Shown piece by piece: positions 8,453 through 14,992 of a stretch of 14,992 nucleotides of DNA. The stretch's first letter is position 1; the number at the start of each line of letters is the position of its first letter. This DNA is from Candidatus Helarchaeota ASGARD archaeon Hel_GB_B. GTDB taxonomy: Archaea > Asgardarchaeota > Lokiarchaeia > Helarchaeales > HEL-GB-B. Under the pieces are notes generated by a model. The model had not been told where the DNA came from, searched no databases, and saw only the letters and a list, made by a program, of their open reading frames with translations. Made by a program: the position numbers and the translations under genes. Location of the stretch: NCBI GenBank assembly GCA_005191425.1, contig SUPR01000085.1, positions 1 through 14,992 of the forward strand, read 5' to 3'.

Positions 8453-9793
8453 ATGAATGAAGAAGAAATTTTGAAAGCCATAGACACTGCAAAAGAAGAA
8501 ATAATAAATTTCTGTCAAAAATTGATCCAAACGGACAGCGTGAATCCTCCAGGAAATGAGTTAAATGTTGCTAAAGTAATTAGCAAATTTTTAGAAGAGA
8601 ATGGAATTGAATCTGAAATTTTTGAATTAGGAAATAATCGAGCAAACTTGATCGCTACATTAAAAGGGGCGGGTGATAAGCGGTTATTATTAAATGGTCA
8701 TATGGACGTTGTGCCTATTGAAAATGAGAAAAATTGGGTTGTGCCACCATTCTCGGCTTCAATTAAAAGAAAAAGAATAATTGGAAGGGGAGCTGTTGAT
8801 ATGAAAGGACCATTAGCAGCAATGATAAGTGCATTTGTAATTTTAAAGCGATTAAACTTTCCATTAAAAGGTAATTTAATTTTGAATTGTGTTTCTGATG
8901 AAGAAGTTTTAGGAGAAATTGGGACTAAATGGTGTATTACAAATTATCCTGAAAAAATGAGAGCAGATGCAGTTATTGTTTGTGAGCCAAGTGGCCTAGA
9001 CCCACTTCCAAAAGCAATATTAATAGGAGAAAAAGGGAGACTTGAAGTTCAAATTATTACCCACGGTATCTCTTATCATGCTGGAATGCCCGCGTTGGGT
9101 GTTAATGCCTTTGAAATGTTTAATAAAATATTTAATAATATACATAAATTAAATTCCTATATTTCTCCGGTAATCCCGCCTTTTTCAAAAGATGAACTAA
9201 AATCAATGCTTATTGAATGTTTTGGAACAAAAGAAATTTTTGAAAAAATATATGAGGACAATTCTATCCTCCAAGCCTTAATTGATGCTTTAAGTAATTT
9301 TACATGCACTCTTTCAATTGTTAAAGCTGGTCTGAAAGAAAATGTAGGACCAGGTGAATGTACAGCAATTCTTGACATAAGATTGGTCCAAGGTCAAGAT
9401 TCAAAAGAGATTATTAACGGCTTAAAAAAGTTAATTAATGACGTAGGTTATCCAATAAAGAGTCCGGACAGTGCTGCTAAAAATGAATTATATGTAGAAT
9501 TGAAAATCAATTCTTTAAGTGAACCATCAATTGTTGATCGATATGATTATGAAATTATAGATATATTGAAAAATACATATAAAGAAATTTACCATAAAAA
9601 AACGTTTAAATTTTTAATGCCAGCTACGACTGATGCAAGGTTTTTCCGAAACAGCGGTTTTTGTAAACAAACGGTTGTATTTGGCCCAGGAAATGCGACA
9701 CAAGCTCATAGTAAAAATGAATATATAGATATAAAAGATTTAATAAATGCTACCAAAACTTATGCATTAGTAGCTGCAAGATTTTTAAAATAA
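8453..9793 (+). CDS. M20 metallo-amidohydrolase, ArgE/DapE subfamily
   Basis: Metal and catalytic motifs NGHMDVV, GRGAVDMKG, SDEE, CEP, SYHAG, ATTDARF and GPGNATQAHSKNE. Confidence 0.93.
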   Translation: MNEEEILKAIDTAKEEIINFCQKLIQTDSVNPPGNELNVAKVISKFLEENGIESEIFELGNNRANLIATLKGAGDKRLLLNGHMDVVPIENEKNWVVPPFSASIKRKRIIGRGAVDMKGPLAAMISAFVILKRLNFPLKGNLILNCVSDEEVLGEIGTKWCITNYPEKMRADAVIVCEPSGLDPLPKAILIGEKGRLEVQIITHGISYHAGMPALGVNAFEMFNKIFNNIHKLNSYISPVIPPFSKDELKSMLIECFGTKEIFEKIYEDNSILQALIDALSNFTCTLSIVKAGLKENVGPGECTAILDIRLVQGQDSKEIINGLKKLINDVGYPIKSPDSAAKNELYVELKINSLSEPSIVDRYDYEIIDILKNTYKEIYHKKTFKFLMPATTDARFFRNSGFCKQTVVFGPGNATQAHSKNEYIDIKDLINATKTYALVAARFLK

Positions 9794-9848
9794 AAATTTA
9801 ATTCAAGTTTAATATGAAATCTAAACACAAAATAATTCTCAGAAAAAA

Positions 9849-10637
9849 ATGAAAAATTATTTACATATACTTGGAAGTGGGTCGGCTCAGACTACCCCAT
9901 GTCATAAGTGTAAATGCAAAAACTGTAGAGAAGCGAGAAAAAATCAAAAATATAGGCGAGACTGTAGCGCTTACCTTTTTAGATTTGATGATATCAATCT
10001 TTTAATTGATTATGGCGCCCATTTATTAAATAAATATGGATTAGATGATATAAATATTGATTATATATTCATTTCACACGCCCATTCTGACCATTTTAAA
10101 GGATTGTTCCCATTAAGCTGGACACGCCAAGAGAAAATTCCGATATATTATTCAGGAGAAGATTTATCAGGAGCATTTAAAGATTTATTGGAAAATCCCA
10201 AAAGAGAACATTTCATAAAATGCCCAGTTTATCAAATTATTAATTTAAATAAATCACTTGAAATAACCCCAATATTATTGAACCATAATATTTACACCAC
10301 TGGATTCTTTATTAAATTTAACGATTATTCAATTGTATACCTTTTAGATACTAAGGGATTGCCTAAAAAATCAATGGATTTTTTAAAAAATCAGAAAAAG
10401 ATAGATTTAGTTTTAATAGACTCCAATTATGGCCCACAAATAAATAGTAATAGCCACAATAATATTAATGATGCATTGGAAGTGGTTGGGCGTCTAGAAC
10501 CTAAAAATGCCATTCTAACTCACATTTCTCATAAAAACCCACCAATAAAATTTTTGCAAGATTATATTAATAATAATAAGCCAATTCAAAATGTTTTTTT
10601 AGCTTTTGATGGACTAAAATTCAAATTTAAAGTTTAA
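9849..10637 (+). CDS. phnP: PhnP-like metallo-beta-lactamase phosphodiesterase
   Basis: LGSGSAQTTPCHKCKCKNC (CxCxxC Zn site), SHAHSDH (HxHxDH), GLFPLSW, LLNH, YLLDTKGLP, SHN, ILTHISH and AFDG. These are collinear with E. coli PhnP as recalled (GLFPLRW, LNHSK, SDTAGLP, LTHISH). Confidence 0.85.
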   Translation: MKNYLHILGSGSAQTTPCHKCKCKNCREARKNQKYRRDCSAYLFRFDDINLLIDYGAHLLNKYGLDDINIDYIFISHAHSDHFKGLFPLSWTRQEKIPIYYSGEDLSGAFKDLLENPKREHFIKCPVYQIINLNKSLEITPILLNHNIYTTGFFIKFNDYSIVYLLDTKGLPKKSMDFLKNQKKIDLVLIDSNYGPQINSNSHNNINDALEVVGRLEPKNAILTHISHKNPPIKFLQDYINNNKPIQNVFLAFDGLKFKFKV

Positions 10638-11019
10638 AAATTGTTGAAAACCTTCATATTATATTCAGATTTCTTCAATATTCCTAAATTCTAAGCTAAT
10701 TAAAATATAATAAAATAAATTAAATTCCAACATAAATTATTTATTTTTTTTAATAGACATTATACAAATAAAGAGTTTATTTATTTTTCATTGCTTTTAT
10801 TAATTGTAGTTTAGTTTTCTAACTTAATTTCACACCATTTTTTAATAGCCACCATAATAGATTTTTAGACCTTCTTGCGATTATCCGGTACATTCTCATC
10901 TTCTCTAAAATATCTTCTACCCAATTAGGAAACTGACGGTAGCCAGAAATTTCATTGTATAAATATCAGATTTATAATATAAATATTTAAACATTAATTG
11001 ATTAATAAAATATATATGG

Positions 11020-11349
11020 ATGACCGCTAAAGATATAATCAGAAGATCCACAAATCCTTATTATTCTGAGGATGTTTATAATTATTATTCAGACAATAGA
11101 TTTAATAATAAAATAGGTTATTATAAACTTATGGCATCTGATGAAGGAATATGCGTGATTATTGGATTTTTTATTATACTTGGATAAATCATTACTGTGA
11201 TTACATATATGAGTGCCCAATACAATTATGCAATGACAGGAAACTTGCAAGCAATAGTTAATGCTAATATGACGGTAATTATAATTTGGGTAGTATTTAT
11301 AGTGATAATAGTTATAATAATAATTGCAATAATTAAATCAGGGGTCTAA
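11020..11349 (+). pseudogene. Small two-TM membrane protein gene interrupted by one in-frame TAA (11185-11187)
   Basis: Hand translation: MTAKDIIRRSTNPYYSEDVYNYYSDNRFNNKIGYYKLMASDEGICVIIGFFIILG*IITVITYMSAQYNYAMTGNLQAIVNANMTVIIIWVVFIVIIVIIIIAIIKSGV*. The hydrophobic helix continues in the same frame across the stop. Confidence 0.55.
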
Positions 11350-11950
11350 TTTGGGGTATTAGAGATAATAAAAATTAAATTTGGTAAAAATATTAGAGGA
11401 ATACACCGCATATTTAGAATATGTGTAGAATAAGGACAGCTTAATGGATAATATGAATATATAAGTATTTCAAAATAAGTCCAAGAAAGATATTAAGTTA
11501 GATCTGATTGAAAAAAAAATCCGAATTTCGAGCAGAATAAAATTGAATAATAATATAAGTATAATTTGTCTATACAAGTCCATAATAACCTATAACCTTT
11601 TTTATCAACAAAATTAAAAATATCATAATAAGATTAAAATCAATAAGAAAAAATACCTTGTTTTCTTTACAAAAAAGATTTCAAGCCATATCTAATTGCT
11701 TTATTTTGCTTAATTTTGATTCATCCGAAAGTAAATCAATTAATAACCAAAATTTTATATTGCCTAATTCAAATATTATTCCTAATCGATTCACCTTTAT
11801 TATTGTATTAAAATGAACCCCTGATTTTTCTAATAATTTTTTTAAATATTAATGTGCTGGAAAAGATCCTGGGGGAAATATGAGTATTATATAATAAATG
11901 GTAAATTGTATAAGGTTTGTTTTAATAGAATATTGAAAAGAAATCAGAAG

Positions 11951-14512
11951 TTAAAGTAATTTAGGTTCCTTTTCTTTTTTTCTTTTTTCTTCCTCTTCCA
12001 ATTCTTTAATTTTTTTAAGTTGTTCACTTGTTATCTTATCGAATTTTAAAAAAGAAGGTAAATCTTCGGAAATATTCACATTATTTCTCTTAACTTCCTG
12101 TCTGGACGATTTAAGGAGGCCATCAATTTCTACTTTATCATCGTCCATTTTTTCTTCAAATTTATTTTCAAGTAATTTAAAAGTTGGCACATTCGGGACT
12201 AAAAGTCTTGCATCTCTGGGTTTTTCAGTTTTTTCAATTCCTAATAATTTGTTTTTATTTTTATCAATCTTTGAACTTTCAGGTATATCACCTAATAATA
12301 GAGAACTTTTCTTATCTTGGTGAGTTTCTTTTATTGTTCCTTCATCTTCTTGAGGGTCTAAGCTGGTCAATAATTTAGGTTCTAATTTTTTAATTTCTTT
12401 TGGTTTTGTCCGGGAATCAAGTAAACTAAAATAAGATTTAGCGTCATTAATCTCTCTATCTTTTGATTTATTATCTTGGTTATTACCTTTTGATTTATCA
12501 TAATATAAAAATGAAGGTTGAGATAATAATTCTTCAGGGAGCTGATTGTTTCGTTTTGGTTCTATTTGAACTTCTTGAGGTTCTGGTATTAATTCAGTAA
12601 TTTCTTTTAATCTTTGGAATTTTTTAATTCTCATCTTTTTTTCTTTTTCAGGTGTAAGGACAGGACTATCTTCACTTTCCCATTCAGTTTGTGAAACTTG
12701 ATCAATTTTTTGAAATGTGAATTCTGTTTCTTGAAGAGGGGCTGTTTTTCTTTTTGGTATATTTTCGATGTTTGGCGATTCAGTAGTATTCATTTGTGGA
12801 CTAATTTCAATTTTAACTGTTTTTTTCAATTTTTTAATTTTGTTTTCAGTAAGAACTGGACTTTCCATTTTTTCCCATTCTTTTTTCTTAATTTCGTCAA
12901 TTTTTAAGAAAGTAGGTAAATTTTCATCATTTGTTATTTGTTCTGTTGTTTCTTGAGCTGCTAGTACCTTTTTGCGTAGACCTTCACTTATATTAACCTC
13001 TTTTTCTTGATAACCAGCAAAACGCTCAGTAGAACTTACCTTATCCGCCGAAGTTTTAGGAACAGCAGACAATTCCCGTTTTTTTCCAAATTCAAAATTA
13101 ATAAAATCAAATGATTCTTGGTCGACTTCTCCATTAATTAGATTTCGGGCTAAAAGAGTATATATCATTTTGAGTACCCTTATTTCCGGTATACGAATAA
13201 TTTCTGAAATTTTGGAAATATTAATTCGGCGATATTGGATTAATGTATTAAGTAAAATTTTGTAAATATAATTTGTGGGTAAGGCAATATCCAGCGTATC
13301 CATTGAATTTAATTGAGTTTTTAGTGAACCTAAAGATATTTCGGTCATATTTGTATAATAATCCAGATCGATCTTCAACTCTCCGCCTATTCTTGTATAA
13401 TCTTCTAATTTAATACGAATTGGTGATAAATCTTGCCCTGATGCAAAAATTTTAGACGCACCTATCCAAGCAGAATATCTTGGGTCATTTATTTCACGAT
13501 AACTTGTAATATTAAATTCCAATTCCCCAAGCTGTCCAATCATCTCCCGAATTAAACGTTCTCTTAGTCCATTTAAAGCACTAGTGCCACCCGTAATAAT
13601 AATATTATTGGCAATCTCCTGGCGTAATGTATTCGTACAACTCAAAATAGATTTAATTATTAAATCTTTAATTGAATATTCATTAATACCAAAAAGTCCT
13701 GGATTAAATAATATCTCACAACTATTGTACAGTGGTATATGTAATTCAATTGTTTCTCCCTTGAATAATGGGATAATTTTAGTTAATTTTCCTTCCATAG
13801 CTTCTTTAAAATCTCTTTTCGGAGATAACGAAACGAATGCTAATGATTCCTTTATATCGGTCGCAAGATTATATGTATCAATTATATAGGACGATTCCTT
13901 ATCTTCCATTAATGGAATGATCTCGGCTTCTAATAATCTTGTAATATTATCCCCACCTATAAAAGCTCTTAATAACCCTTCTGAAACAACATTTCCTCTA
14001 AAAATTGGGGTTATATTACAATTGTAATGCCCAATGTCTACAATTAACGCCGAACCATTTTCAACTCCTGAAGATACTAAATCCGAAAAAGGTTGAATGA
14101 CTGGAATTATTGATTTACATTCATATTTAGCAAATAACAATTCTCCAAGAGATTGTAAAACTTTAGAATTAAAAGGTTGAATTAAAATAAAATCTTGACC
14201 TTTTAATTTAAAATTATATGTGTAAGATATATATTCAAGAAAATATTCTAATAAATCCATATCGAAAAAGTCTTCATTATAAATCAATGGAATTTTTTCT
14301 AAAAGTTTTGAATAATATATTGCAGTATCACCACAAAATAAATCCGGTAATTCACTAAGACCAAATAGATTTATAAGATAATTTTTCATCTCTGCATTAA
14401 GTTTTGGATCTGGACGCCCAAAAATAGATGGAATATCTATTCTCGGAAATGATTCTCCAGCATACCCTATTTTTGTGGAATAATTTCCCATTTCTATAAT
14501 TATTGGTCTCAT
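11951..14512 (-). CDS. Actin-related protein (aa 1-377) fused to a PCI-type winged helix (aa ~412-473) and a charged disordered repeat-bearing tail (aa ~478-853)
   Basis: Eukaryote-type actin motifs in order: IIIEMGNYSTKIGYAGE..P...PSIFGRP, GD, VIQ, VDIGH..N.TPI..G, GG..IT, DIKE, EILFNP, NIIITGGTS..NGLRERL, RYSAWIGAS, EDY..IG. These are followed by YRRINISKISEII...LLARNLINGEVDQ and a K/E/S/P-rich tail. Confidence 0.93.
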   Translation of the reverse strand: MRPIIIEMGNYSTKIGYAGESFPRIDIPSIFGRPDPKLNAEMKNYLINLFGLSELPDLFCGDTAIYYSKLLEKIPLIYNEDFFDMDLLEYFLEYISYTYNFKLKGQDFILIQPFNSKVLQSLGELLFAKYECKSIIPVIQPFSDLVSSGVENGSALIVDIGHYNCNITPIFRGNVVSEGLLRAFIGGDNITRLLEAEIIPLMEDKESSYIIDTYNLATDIKESLAFVSLSPKRDFKEAMEGKLTKIIPLFKGETIELHIPLYNSCEILFNPGLFGINEYSIKDLIIKSILSCTNTLRQEIANNIIITGGTSALNGLRERLIREMIGQLGELEFNITSYREINDPRYSAWIGASKIFASGQDLSPIRIKLEDYTRIGGELKIDLDYYTNMTEISLGSLKTQLNSMDTLDIALPTNYIYKILLNTLIQYRRINISKISEIIRIPEIRVLKMIYTLLARNLINGEVDQESFDFINFEFGKKRELSAVPKTSADKVSSTERFAGYQEKEVNISEGLRKKVLAAQETTEQITNDENLPTFLKIDEIKKKEWEKMESPVLTENKIKKLKKTVKIEISPQMNTTESPNIENIPKRKTAPLQETEFTFQKIDQVSQTEWESEDSPVLTPEKEKKMRIKKFQRLKEITELIPEPQEVQIEPKRNNQLPEELLSQPSFLYYDKSKGNNQDNKSKDREINDAKSYFSLLDSRTKPKEIKKLEPKLLTSLDPQEDEGTIKETHQDKKSSLLLGDIPESSKIDKNKNKLLGIEKTEKPRDARLLVPNVPTFKLLENKFEEKMDDDKVEIDGLLKSSRQEVKRNNVNISEDLPSFLKFDKITSEQLKKIKELEEEEKRKKEKEPKLL
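12632..12916 (-). repeat. Two copies of a 30-aa intragenic repeat, period 65 codons (aa 533-562 at 12827-12916; aa 598-627 at 12632-12721)
   Basis: PTFLKIDEIKKKEWEKMESPVLTENKIKKL versus FTFQKIDQVSQTEWESEDSPVLTPEKEKKM: 16/30 identical without gaps, counted by hand. Confidence 0.85.
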
Positions 14513-14871
14513 TTTGTTTAGACCATCATAAAATGATTATTTTTTTATATTTTATTTTAATTAAAGTAATCTAAATCCTATTTTATTATTTTTCTTGTTT
14601 TTATTTTAAATTTTATAATTCTAATTATTGTTTTTTAATTAAAATTTATTTTTTAGTTAGTCTATGTAAATTATTAAATTAATTAGTTTCCTAAATTTAT
14701 TAATTTTCAATTATTTTTTTAATTTTTGATGGACTCTATTATGGTATTAATGTTTTTCTACAATAATTTAAAAAATGTTTTTCTGAAAAAAAATCGATTC
14801 ATTAAAATAAAATAAAACTATCGCCTTAAAAATTAAAGGAGATTTTTTCAATTCCATTGCTGAAGCAACTA

Positions 14872-14991
14872 TTAATTTACAACTTTTAAACTTTCCGATA
14901 AAATAGTTTTTCGGGTACTTTTTGGGTATATATTTTCTCTAACCCATCTATTTTGAATTTGTGGAAATGAAGTTATCCGGGTTATTTCATC
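14872..14991 (-). CDS. Possible 3' end of a gene entering from the right edge (hypothetical)
   Basis: Frame open from the window edge: DEITRITSFPQIQNRWVRENIYPKSTRKTILSESLKVVN*. It is only 39 codons, with locally higher GC than the adjacent intergenic DNA. No motif recognised. Confidence 0.3.
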   Translation of the reverse strand, partial: DEITRITSFPQIQNRWVRENIYPKSTRKTILSESLKVVN

Positions 14992-14992
14992 T

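Noticed and set aside
9157-9378. 73-aa minus-strand ORF
   Set aside because: Antisense to the well-supported M20 gene.
11185-11187. Stop-codon reassignment explaining the in-frame TAA
   Set aside because: TAA is used as the genuine terminator of most long genes in this window.
11402-11428. Hairpin catatt-tag-aatatg downstream of the interrupted membrane gene
   Set aside because: Only a 6-bp A/T-rich perfect stem; too weak to call a terminator.
11681-11848. ~55-codon minus-strand open frame downstream of the Arp gene
   Set aside because: Only a late GTG start, no motif; this length is expected by chance.
11951-12400. Dileucine (AP-adaptor [DE]xxxLL) sorting signals in the Arp tail
   Set aside because: Of the several LL pairs, only EIDGLL fits the consensus spacing, which is not more than chance.
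12184-12956. Three Phe-rich plus-strand ORFs (12184-12378, 12698-12907, 12768-12956)
   Set aside because: Antisense mirror of the Lys/Glu-rich (AAA/GAA) tail of the Arp gene. Their hydrophobicity is an artefact.
13584-13889. 101-aa plus-strand ORF
   Set aside because: Antisense to the actin domain.
1-14992. CRISPR arrays, tRNA/rRNA, IS elements
   Set aside because: No regularly spaced direct repeats, no GC-rich structured RNA-like segment, and no transposase or integrase motifs seen.

Overview
AT-rich (my rough estimate 25-30% GC) prokaryotic window, most consistent with an Asgard archaeon (Loki/Hel-like): it carries a eukaryote-type actin-family gene, a stand-alone longin-like gene and an archaeal-type P-loop protein. 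In order: a 3'-truncated TTG-start secreted alpha/beta hydrolase missing from the ORF track; a COG4028-like P-loop NTPase; a small longin-like protein; a minus-strand three-gene operon (DUF362 Fe-S protein, PAP2-like membrane phosphatase, GH20 beta-N-acetylhexosaminidase with a C-terminal beta-sandwich); a plus-strand pair (M20 ArgE/DapE-like amidohydrolase, PhnP-like metallo-beta-lactamase); a 1.3 kb gap containing a stop-interrupted two-TM gene; and an 853-aa actin-related protein. The best candidate for novelty is that last protein. It joins a complete Arp-type actin fold with altered phosphate loops to a winged helix resembling the PCI-domain C-terminus, then to a ~380-aa charged disordered tail. 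The tail has a duplicated 30-aa Trp/acidic repeat, a recurring P[ST]FxxxD motif and thymosin/WH2-like segments. No CRISPR array, rRNA, tRNA or mobile element was recognised. All family assignments come from motif reading by eye; no searches were run.
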